From an uncultured Clostridia bacterium (GTDB taxonomy: Bacteria; Bacillota; Clostridia; Christensenellales; CAG-138), in NCBI GenBank assembly GCA_937900325.1, contig CALCEX010000070.1:15122-79121 (forward strand): DNA of 64,000 bases. Reading direction: 5' to 3'. Of this stretch, positions 1-7,490 are shown in pieces. Under the pieces are notes generated by a model, which had not been told where the DNA came from, searched no databases, and worked only from the letters and a program-made list of their open reading frames with translations. The number at the start of each line of letters is the position of its first letter. Within the stretch, counting starts at the first letter, position 1. Both the position numbers and the translations under genes were made by a program.

Positions 1-541
1 CCTTCAGCTTTATAAGGCCCTGAGCCTCCAGCAGCAGCAGCGCGCGGGCTTCGTTCGTGCCGTCGTTGGGTATGGCGATGGAGCCGCCCTCGGGTATTGC
101 GGAAAGTTCCTTGGTCTTGCCCGCGTAGATGCCGAAGGGCTCATAGTGTATTTTGCCCACGGCTACCAGATGGGTGCCGTTTTCCTTGTTGAAGTTCTCA
201 AGATAGGGGGTGTGCTGGAAGTAATTGGCGTCCAGGTCGCCCTCCTCGAGGGCAGTATTGGGCAGCACATAGTCGGTGAACTCCACGACCTCAAGGTCAT
301 AGCCCGCCGCCTTGAGCTCGTCCTTTACGGCGTTGAGTATCTCCGCATGGGGAGTGACGGACGCGCCTACCCTGATCTTTACAAGCTCTGTGGGAGCGGC
401 GCTCTCATCAGCCTCCGGCGCAGCGGTAGCGGCGGGGGCCGCGGTATCGGCGGGGGCAGTCTCTGCGGGGGCAGTCTGTGCGCAGGCCGCGAAGGACAGC
501 GCAAGTACAAGTGTCAGTGCGATAGCTATAAGCTTCTTCAT
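1..541 (-). CDS. metQ: Methionine ABC transporter substrate-binding lipoprotein (MetQ/NlpA family); C-terminal part cut by the window edge
   Basis: Absent from the ORF track because it has no stop in the window. Reverse translation from ATG 541 gives MKKLIAIALTLVLALSFAAC (lipobox), an Ala/Pro linker, then KIRVGASVTPHAEILN...DANYFQHTPYL...NDGTNEARALLLLEAQGLIKLK. It lies directly downstream of metN-metI. Confidence 0.85.
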   Translation of the reverse strand, partial: MKKLIAIALTLVLALSFAACAQTAPAETAPADTAAPAATAAPEADESAAPTELVKIRVGASVTPHAEILNAVKDELKAAGYDLEVVEFTDYVLPNTALEEGDLDANYFQHTPYLENFNKENGTHLVAVGKIHYEPFGIYAGKTKELSAIPEGGSIAIPNDGTNEARALLLLEAQGLIKLK

Positions 542-602
542 TTGTGTTTTCCTCCTGAAAAATATTTTAATTTTTATATATCAAGCCTGACGGCTCAATT
601 AT

Positions 603-1265
603 CTATCTTCTTCTTTTATCGGATCTCACTACCAGCCTGTCGCCGATAAGCTGTATGAGCTGGACCAGCAGCACCAGCAGCACCACGGCTATCCACATCA
701 TATCGGCCTGGAAGCGGTGGTAGCCGTAGTTTATGGCTATGGCGCCCAGCCCGCCGCCGCCCAAGGCGCCCGCCATGGCGGAATAGGAAAGTATGGTGGT
801 AGTGACTATCGCCGCGCCGTTGAGCAGGGACGGAGTGCTCTCGGGCAGCAGCACCCGGGTGATTATCTGGAACACCGTTGCGCCCATGCTCTGGGCCGCC
901 TCTATCACGCCGTGGTCAACCTCCTTAAGCGACCCCTCCACCATGCGGCCCACATAGGGCGCCGCCGCTATCACGAGCGGGGGTATCACCGCCGTGGAGC
1001 CTATGGTGGTGCCAACGAGGAAGCGGGTAAGGCCCAGCACGCACACCATGAGTATCAGAAACGGCACCGAGCGGAGTATGTTCACCACTATGTCCAGCGT
1101 TCTGTACAGCACCGGCCGTGGGCTTATGCCGTCCGGGGCGGAGGTGGTCAGCAGCACGCCTATGGGCAGGCCCAGGAGATAGGATAAGGCGGTGGATACG
1201 AAGGTCATGTACAAAGTCTCGAGTATGCCCTCGCCAAAGAGCTTCACAATCTGCGGATCAAACAT
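603..1265 (-). CDS. metI: Methionine ABC transporter permease
   Basis: ORF track 603..1280. I moved the start to ATG 1265, which overlaps the metN stop (ATGTTTGA). It is a polytopic membrane protein of MetI type lying between metN and metQ. Confidence 0.9.
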   Translation of the reverse strand: MFDPQIVKLFGEGILETLYMTFVSTALSYLLGLPIGVLLTTSAPDGISPRPVLYRTLDIVVNILRSVPFLILMVCVLGLTRFLVGTTIGSTAVIPPLVIAAAPYVGRMVEGSLKEVDHGVIEAAQSMGATVFQIITRVLLPESTPSLLNGAAIVTTTILSYSAMAGALGGGGLGAIAINYGYHRFQADMMWIAVVLLVLLVQLIQLIGDRLVVRSDKRRR

Positions 1266-2271
1266 GGTATGCCTCCTCAAGGTACTGTACCCCGTGAAGA
1301 TCGAGGTACTTCTTCATCTTATCGCCAATTTCCCGGTTTTCCGGGAGCTGTATGAGGGTATAGCCGTGCATCTTGCCCTCTATGGTCTTTGTATCCGCAA
1401 AGAGTATGTTCACCGGCGCGCCGCACTCCAGCACCATGTCGCATATTACGGGGCTGGAGGTCTGGGTGCCGTCGAATATGATGCGCAGGCACCTTTCGCC
1501 CAGCACCTCCTCGCCGAGCCTTCCGCTTGCATAGAGGAGCTTCCGCGCTATATCCGTCTTTGGGTTCATGAATATGTCGGATACGTCGCCGACCTCCGCT
1601 ATGCGGCTGTGGTCTATTATGGCCACCCTGTCGCATATCTCCTCTATGACGCTCATCTCGTGGGTTATGACTACTATGGTTATTCCCAGGGTCCTGTTTA
1701 TCTCCTTGAGCAGGGACAGTATGGAGCGGGTAGTGGTGGGGTCAAGGGCCGAGGTGGCCTCGTCGCAAAGCAGCACCTTCGGCTTTGGGGCCAGCGCCCG
1801 GGCTATCGCGATCCTCTGCTTCTGCCCGCCGGAAAGCTGCGCGGGATAGGCCTTTTCCCTGTCCTCCAGCTCAACCAGCTTCAGAAGCTCCCTTGCCCGG
1901 TCTATGGCGTCCTTCTTGCTTACCCCCGCTATCTCCAGCGGGAAGCAGATATTCTCCAGGGCGGTCTTTTGCATGAGCAGATTGAACTGCTGGAATATCA
2001 TGCCTATGCCCCTTCGGGCGTTGAGCAGCTCCTTCCTGTTCAGCGCCCCGAGCTTTTTGCCGTCCACCGTTACGCTGCCCTCGGTGGGGTGCTCAAGGTA
2101 GTTCATGCATCTTACCAGCGTGCTCTTGCCCGCCCCCGAGAGGCCGATTATGCCGAATATCTCCCCCGCCCTTATGGAAAGGTCTATATCCCGCAGGGCG
2201 GTCACGGCGCCCGCCCCGGCGCCAAAGGTCTTTGTAAGGCCCCTTATCGCTATCATTTCCCGCTCTTCCAT
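1258..2271 (-). CDS. metN: Methionine ABC transporter ATP-binding protein
   Basis: ORF 1258..2310. The ATG at 2271 is preceded by AGGAGA. Walker A GLSGAGKST, signature LSGGQKQR, Walker B LLCDEATSALD, and a C-terminal NIL-type regulatory domain. Confidence 0.9.
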   Translation of the reverse strand: MEEREMIAIRGLTKTFGAGAGAVTALRDIDLSIRAGEIFGIIGLSGAGKSTLVRCMNYLEHPTEGSVTVDGKKLGALNRKELLNARRGIGMIFQQFNLLMQKTALENICFPLEIAGVSKKDAIDRARELLKLVELEDREKAYPAQLSGGQKQRIAIARALAPKPKVLLCDEATSALDPTTTRSILSLLKEINRTLGITIVVITHEMSVIEEICDRVAIIDHSRIAEVGDVSDIFMNPKTDIARKLLYASGRLGEEVLGERCLRIIFDGTQTSSPVICDMVLECGAPVNILFADTKTIEGKMHGYTLIQLPENREIGDKMKKYLDLHGVQYLEEAYHV

Positions 2272-2310
2272 CTTTTTCTCCTGTTTGTTGAATTTTGAAA
2301 AATATCGCAT

Positions 2311-2342
2311 TAAAAAAGCCGCAAGCTCACGCGCTTACGGCC
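2311..2342 (-). terminator. Intrinsic terminator inside the metN leader (candidate riboswitch/attenuator expression platform)
   Basis: On the - strand: GCCGUAAGC-gcguga-GCUUGCGGC followed by UUUUUU, about 40 nt upstream of the metN start. Confidence 0.6.
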
Positions 2343-2528
2343 CATAATTCAAAATACCGCCTTTATTGTGAAAGGCTTTATTGCAGGCAACGCAAGCGCT
2401 CTCCATGCCCGAGGGACATGGAGCAGCACATCATCATGCCGTACATAATAGCAGCGTTGTTTATCATATATGCTCTCCTTTCCCTTTTGCATGGGCCGTC
2501 CGCCCTGCCGGATTTATCATTTTTCGGA

Positions 2529-2558
2529 ATCATAACACGGATAAGCGGGCTTTGTCAA
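2529..2558 (-). promoter_or_regulatory. Sigma-A type promoter for the metNIQ leader
   Basis: On the - strand: TTGACA, a 17-18 nt spacer, then TATGAT (TTGACAAAGCCCGCTTATCCGTGTTATGAT). This implies a leader of about 255 nt. Confidence 0.5.
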
Positions 2559-2610
2559 CTGTTATTTTTATTTTTTTGCAACGCGCCGCTTTTTTCAGAT
2601 TTTTTCCACA

Positions 2611-3372
2611 TTATAATCCGAAAAGCCGCTCCGCGTTTTCCTCCGCCGCCCTTTCCATCTCCTCCGGGCTTATCCCCTTTATCTCCGCCATTTTGCGGCA
2701 GATGACCGGTACGCTCCCGGGGTCGTTGCGCTCCCCGCGGCGGGGCTCCGGGGCCATATATGGGCAGTCCGTCTCGGTGAGAAGCCTGTCGAGGGGGGTG
2801 GCGGCGCAGGCCGCGGGGCCCTTTTTGTTTGATTTGAAGGTCAACGCGCCGCCGAAGGCTATATAAAGCCCCAGCCCAACGCAGCGCTCCGCCGTTTCGG
2901 CGCTGCCGGAAAAGCAGTGCATGACGCCCCTGAGCCTTCCGTTATAGCCCTCCAGCACCTCCATGCAGTCCCCGTAGGCCTCCCTTATATGCATCGATAC
3001 CGGCATATCCCTCTCTATCGCCATATCGAGCTGGCGGCGGAACAGCTCAAGCTGCTTTTCCCGGTCGTAGGGCTTCCAGTGGTAATCCAGCCCTATCTCC
3101 CCCAGCGCGACGCACTTCTCATGCTTCAGGTATTTTTCCAGCGCGGCGATATCGCTTTCCGTATAGCTTTCCGCGAATTCAGGGTGAATGCCGAAGGCAA
3201 GGTATATGCCGGGGTTTTTCTCCGCAAGCTCCGAGGAAGCCGCAAAGTCCCTCGGGTCGCAGGAAATTTCTATTATTTTGCCTACGCCGCTTTCCGCAAG
3301 GCGGCCTATGAGCTGCTGCCTGTCCCCGTCGAAGGCCGCGTCCGTCAGGTGGGCGTGGGTGTCTATGTACAT
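2611..3372 (-). CDS. tatD: TatD family metal-dependent hydrolase/DNase
   Basis: 253 aa. N-terminal MYIDTHAHL (HxH metal motif) and TatD/YabD-like length and layout. Confidence 0.85.
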   Translation of the reverse strand: MYIDTHAHLTDAAFDGDRQQLIGRLAESGVGKIIEISCDPRDFAASSELAEKNPGIYLAFGIHPEFAESYTESDIAALEKYLKHEKCVALGEIGLDYHWKPYDREKQLELFRRQLDMAIERDMPVSMHIREAYGDCMEVLEGYNGRLRGVMHCFSGSAETAERCVGLGLYIAFGGALTFKSNKKGPAACAATPLDRLLTETDCPYMAPEPRRGERNDPGSVPVICRKMAEIKGISPEEMERAAEENAERLFGL

Positions 3373-4323
3373 CTAAAACTCCTTCTTTATGCTGCGCATG
3401 AACAGCGCGGTGAGCTCGTCCCTGGGGTCCGCGCCGTTGTAGAGCACCTCATGCACCGCGCGGCATATGGGCATATCCACCCCGTATTTTTCCGAAAGCG
3501 ACATGATCGCCTCTACGGTATAATACCCCTCCGCGAGCTTGCCGTAGCTTCTGCCCCTTACAAAGGCCTCGCCGAAGGCCCGGTTATGGCTGAACTCGGA
3601 AAAGACCGTCGCCTGATAGTCGCCCAGATGGCAGAGGCCGTAGGCGGAGCGCTCTATCCCTCCCATTGCCGCTATGAGCCGGCCGACCTCCCGGGTGCCC
3701 CGCGCCATGAGCGCGCCCTTGAGGTTTGTCAGGCCCATGCCGTCCAGTATGCCCGCCGCTATGCCTATCACGTTCTTCGCGGCGGCCCCCACCTCGTTCC
3801 CTATAAGGTCCCGCCCGTAATAGAACCGTATGAGGCTGGAGCCGAACTGCGTCACAAGCCGCTCCTTCAGCTCCTCCGAGGTGCCGTCTATCACCATGCA
3901 GTTGGGTATCCCCGCCACGAACTCCTGAACGTGGCCGGGGCCCAGCCATACGGCGACGCCGCTTCTGGGCAGATATTCCAGCGCGATCTCTGAAAGCCTT
4001 TTGCCGCTGCCCTGCTCTATGCCCTTCATGCAAAGCACAAGGTCGCCCGAATAGCCCTGCGCGGCTATCTCGGAGGCCACCTCCCTGAAGGACTGCGCGC
4101 CCACCGATACCACTATCAGCTCCGCCCTTACGGCCTCCTCCATGCGGGATATGAGCCGTATGCTGTCTGGCAGCGTCACAGTGCCGTTGGTGCGGCTCTC
4201 CCTGAACTGCTTCATGTGGGGCGAGTCCTCCCGCCCGTAAAGGCTTACGTCGTGCCCCGTTTTGTCGAGATACCAGGCTATAAACGAGCCCCAGCGGCCG
4301 CAGCCTATTACCGTGATCTTCAT
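3373..4323 (-). CDS. NAD(P)H-dependent glycerol-3-phosphate dehydrogenase family protein
   Basis: 316 aa. Rossmann N-terminus MKITVIGCGRWGS and a GpsA-type C-terminal domain (GNEVGAAAKNVIGIAAG...CHLGDY...SHNR). Confidence 0.75.
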   Translation of the reverse strand: MKITVIGCGRWGSFIAWYLDKTGHDVSLYGREDSPHMKQFRESRTNGTVTLPDSIRLISRMEEAVRAELIVVSVGAQSFREVASEIAAQGYSGDLVLCMKGIEQGSGKRLSEIALEYLPRSGVAVWLGPGHVQEFVAGIPNCMVIDGTSEELKERLVTQFGSSLIRFYYGRDLIGNEVGAAAKNVIGIAAGILDGMGLTNLKGALMARGTREVGRLIAAMGGIERSAYGLCHLGDYQATVFSEFSHNRAFGEAFVRGRSYGKLAEGYYTVEAIMSLSEKYGVDMPICRAVHEVLYNGADPRDELTALFMRSIKKEF

Positions 4324-4338
4324 GCCTTTTTTGTTCCT

Positions 4339-6069
4339 TTATACGTCTATTATCTGATAATTATAGAGGTTCGCGTACATTCCGCCAAGGGCCATAAGCT
4401 CCCTGTGGCTGCCCCTCTCGGCTATGCCGGAGGGCGTAAGCACAACTATTTCGTTGGCGCTCTTTATGGTGGAGAGCCTATGGGCAACGATTATGCAGGT
4501 GCGCCCCTTCGCAAGCTCAAACAGCTCCTGCTGTATCTCCATCTCGGTCTGGTTATCCAGCGCTGAGGTGGCCTCGTCCAGTATCAGTATGCCGGGATCC
4601 TTGAGGAATACCCGGGCTATGGATATGCGCTGCTTCTGCCCGCCGGAAAGCTTCACGCCCCGCTCGCCCACCTGGGTGTCGTAGCCGTCCTCCAGCGTCA
4701 TTATGTAATCGTGGATGCGCGCCTTCTTCGCTGCCTCTATTACCTGCTGCTCCGTGGCGTCAAGATCGCCGTAGCGTATGTTGTCGGCTATGCTGCCGTC
4801 AAAGAGGAATACGTCCTGGGCGACTATGCCTATATTGCGCCTGAGGGATACCCTCGTGAAGTCCCTTATGTCCGTGCCGTCTATGGTTATGCGGCCCGCA
4901 TCGGGATCGTAAAAGCGGGGTATGAGGTTGCACAGCGTGGTCTTTCCGCCGCCGGAGGGGCCGACGAGAGCCACCGTCTCCCCCGCGGGTATATGAAGGT
5001 CCAGGTGCTTTATCACCTTCTCCGCTCCCCTCGCGTCGCTGTTTTTATACCTGAAGGATACGTCCTCAAAGGCGATATCCCCAAGGAGCCTGCCCGCGTC
5101 CACCGCGCCCGGCGAATCCTTCTCAACGGGCTCGTCCATTATCTCGGTAAACCGCTTGAAGCCCGTCGTACCCGATTGAAGCTGCTCGAACATATTGACT
5201 ATCTTACGCACGGGAGTGAAGAAGTTGGATACCATCAGCAGAAAAGCGGTGTATTCGCCGGCGTTTATGCTGCCCTTAAAGAAGAACAGCCCGCCGAAGA
5301 GGAGTATCGCAAGGTATGTAAGGTCCATCAGCAGCTCCGCCTCGGTAAAGAAGCGCGCCATGGCCCAATAATATTTGCTCCGTATGCCGGTGAGCTGGCG
5401 GTTAAGCGCGTCAAAGAGCGTGAGCTCGTGCTCCTCGCCGGTATATGCCCGGGATACCCGAACGCCTGATATGGCGGTGCCTACGTTGGCGTTTATCTCA
5501 CCCATCTTTACCCGGGTGGCCTGAGAGGCGCGGTTGAGCCCAAGGCGGGCCCTTGCCGTTATGAAAACGGTGCAGGGCAGCATCACGAGCAGTATCAGCG
5601 CGAGCGGCAGGCATATCGTGGAAAGCCACGCCACCGCCCCTATGAGCATCACCACCGAGAGGAATATATCCTCCGGCCCGTGGTGCGCAAGCTCGGATAT
5701 TTCCTGAAGATCGTTGGTCATCCGGCTCATCAGCACGCCGCTTTTGTTATCGTCAAAGAAGCTTATGGGCAGCCTTTCCAGGTGGGCGAACATCTCCCGG
5801 CGCATATCCGCCTGTATCCGCACGCCCACGATATGCCCCCAGTAATCCACTATGAAGGTCATTGCCGCCTTTAAAAGGTATATCCCCAGCAGCACGCAGC
5901 ACCACAGCACCAGCCGCCGCATATCCCTCTCCGGCACATAGACGTTTATTATATCCTTGGCTATTATCGGATAAAACATATTGCACGCCGATATTATCAG
6001 CGCGCAAAGCATATCCGTATAGAAAAGCCTTTTATGGGGTTTGTAGTAGGATGCAAACCGTTTGAACAT
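4339..6069 (-). CDS. ABC transporter ATP-binding protein/permease (type I exporter)
   Basis: 576 aa. N-terminal 6-TM domain plus an NBD with GPSGGGKTT, LSGGQKQR and ILILDEATSALD. RBS AAGGGAGAG lies before ATG 6069. Confidence 0.9.
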   Translation of the reverse strand: MFKRFASYYKPHKRLFYTDMLCALIISACNMFYPIIAKDIINVYVPERDMRRLVLWCCVLLGIYLLKAAMTFIVDYWGHIVGVRIQADMRREMFAHLERLPISFFDDNKSGVLMSRMTNDLQEISELAHHGPEDIFLSVVMLIGAVAWLSTICLPLALILLVMLPCTVFITARARLGLNRASQATRVKMGEINANVGTAISGVRVSRAYTGEEHELTLFDALNRQLTGIRSKYYWAMARFFTEAELLMDLTYLAILLFGGLFFFKGSINAGEYTAFLLMVSNFFTPVRKIVNMFEQLQSGTTGFKRFTEIMDEPVEKDSPGAVDAGRLLGDIAFEDVSFRYKNSDARGAEKVIKHLDLHIPAGETVALVGPSGGGKTTLCNLIPRFYDPDAGRITIDGTDIRDFTRVSLRRNIGIVAQDVFLFDGSIADNIRYGDLDATEQQVIEAAKKARIHDYIMTLEDGYDTQVGERGVKLSGGQKQRISIARVFLKDPGILILDEATSALDNQTEMEIQQELFELAKGRTCIIVAHRLSTIKSANEIVVLTPSGIAERGSHRELMALGGMYANLYNYQIIDV

Positions 6070-6100
6070 ATCTCTCCCTTTCGGTTTTTCAAAGGAGGGG

Positions 6101-6754
6101 CTACGCCACTATGTCTCCCTGATGGGTAATAAGGCTGGCGTCGTACACGCCCTCCACCCGGAGGAACTTCTCTACGAAGCCCGTCTCGTTCTCCCTGAGG
6201 CGCAGCTCCATGGTAAGCTCTATGCTGCCGGGGCGCACTACCTTGCTCTTGAGCCTCGCGTTGGGCAGCTGCTTGGTCATCTTTCGTATGGCGTCGCCCG
6301 CCGCCTCGCTGTAATGAAGTATCAGCAGGTAGCTCTGCGCGCCGCCCTTTCCCCTTGAGCCGGAGATGAGCAGCACGAATACGCCTATCAATATGCCGGC
6401 GATCACGGCCACGTCATAGAACTTTGTGCCAACGGCGATGCCCTCGCCCACCGCCCAGAATATGAAGGCGGTATCCAGCGGATCCTTTATGGCGGTGCGG
6501 TAGCGGACGATGGACAGCGCGCCCACCATGCCGAGGCTGAGGGTCAGGCTGTTGTTTATCAGCATCAGCATCAGCGACGTGACGACCGTCATCATTACCA
6601 GCGCCATTCCGTAGGTGCGGGAATACATAACGCCGCTGAAGGTCTTTTTATATATGAACCATACATAAAGGCCCATGAGCAGGCCGACTGTCAGCGTAAG
6701 TATCACCTGAACGGGGTTCATGGTAATGGTCAAAAGATCGGAAAAGCTTATCAT
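6101..6754 (-). CDS. DUF4956 domain membrane protein
   Basis: 217 aa. Four or five TM segments and SIVRYRTAIKDPLDTAFIFWAV, which I recall as DUF4956-like. Immediately downstream of the VTC-domain gene. Confidence 0.7.
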   Translation of the reverse strand: MISFSDLLTITMNPVQVILTLTVGLLMGLYVWFIYKKTFSGVMYSRTYGMALVMMTVVTSLMLMLINNSLTLSLGMVGALSIVRYRTAIKDPLDTAFIFWAVGEGIAVGTKFYDVAVIAGILIGVFVLLISGSRGKGGAQSYLLILHYSEAAGDAIRKMTKQLPNARLKSKVVRPGSIELTMELRLRENETGFVEKFLRVEGVYDASLITHQGDIVA

Positions 6755-6763
6755 GTGTTCCTC

Positions 6764-7489
6764 CTAAAACTCAAACTTTCTGCATATGCAATACTTGCTC
6801 ACGGCGCTGCGCACGTTGGAGTCTATCTGCAAAAGCTCCCTTATATAGCCCGGCAGATAGTTGTTGAACTTTACCTCCAGCACAAGGTCGCCGTCCGTTA
6901 TCACGGGATAGGTGGGCTGCGTCATGTCGAATATGTCGGTCCCCCGATAGGCGGTGCGTATATCCTTATCGAAGGTTATGCGGACGTCCTCCACGGGATA
7001 AACATACGCCTCCCTGGTATAATCCACCATCACCCGGGGGCGCAGGCATTTTGTCGCGAACTCCGCGAACATCCGCCTGGCGAAGGGCTCCTTTCGGGAG
7101 AGGAGGAAGGCGTAGTCCCCCCTTATAAGGCTGTCGCACTCCGCGCGGCTCAATCGTATGGACTGCTTCGCTATGAAGCTGCCCTCCTTGTGCTTGCACT
7201 CGAGCTTTATAACGTCGTCCTTCCCGTTGTATACCCGTATGCGGAACTTGTCCCTCTCGTCCACTCCGGAGAGCTTTTCCCAGAGGGCGTCGTCAAAGGG
7301 GCTGTCGAAATACAGGCTCCTTATAAAGTACTGCCCGCCGTTTCTTACGGCGTTTTCGTCCTGCCGTATGCAGGAGCGCAGCCTTCTTGAAAGTATCTCG
7401 TAGTCTCCCCGGTTGATGTAGTATTTCAGCTCGTGGCGGTATTGTACGGGCCGCCTGCTCGATCGCGCCGGCCTTCTGGCCTTTTCCAT
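6764..7489 (-). CDS. VTC (polyphosphate polymerase / triphosphate-tunnel) domain protein
   Basis: 241 aa. Begins ...YRHELKYYI, the bacterial VTC-domain signature as I recall it. Its start lies 1 nt from the CotH stop. Confidence 0.7.
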   Translation of the reverse strand: MEKARRPARSSRRPVQYRHELKYYINRGDYEILSRRLRSCIRQDENAVRNGGQYFIRSLYFDSPFDDALWEKLSGVDERDKFRIRVYNGKDDVIKLECKHKEGSFIAKQSIRLSRAECDSLIRGDYAFLLSRKEPFARRMFAEFATKCLRPRVMVDYTREAYVYPVEDVRITFDKDIRTAYRGTDIFDMTQPTYPVITDGDLVLEVKFNNYLPGYIRELLQIDSNVRSAVSKYCICRKFEF

Positions 7490-7490
7490 T

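Noticed and set aside
146-649. ORFs 146..649 and 312..590 on the + strand.
   Set aside because: The opposite strand encodes a clear MetQ lipoprotein (lipobox plus MetQ motifs) that the ORF track missed because it runs off the window edge.
2272-2558. Calling the metN leader a SAM-I (S-box) riboswitch or a Met T-box outright.
   Set aside because: I could not find the conserved S-box core or a T-box UGGN/antiterminator bulge by eye. Only the terminator and promoter are solid, so I reported it as an unclassified leader.
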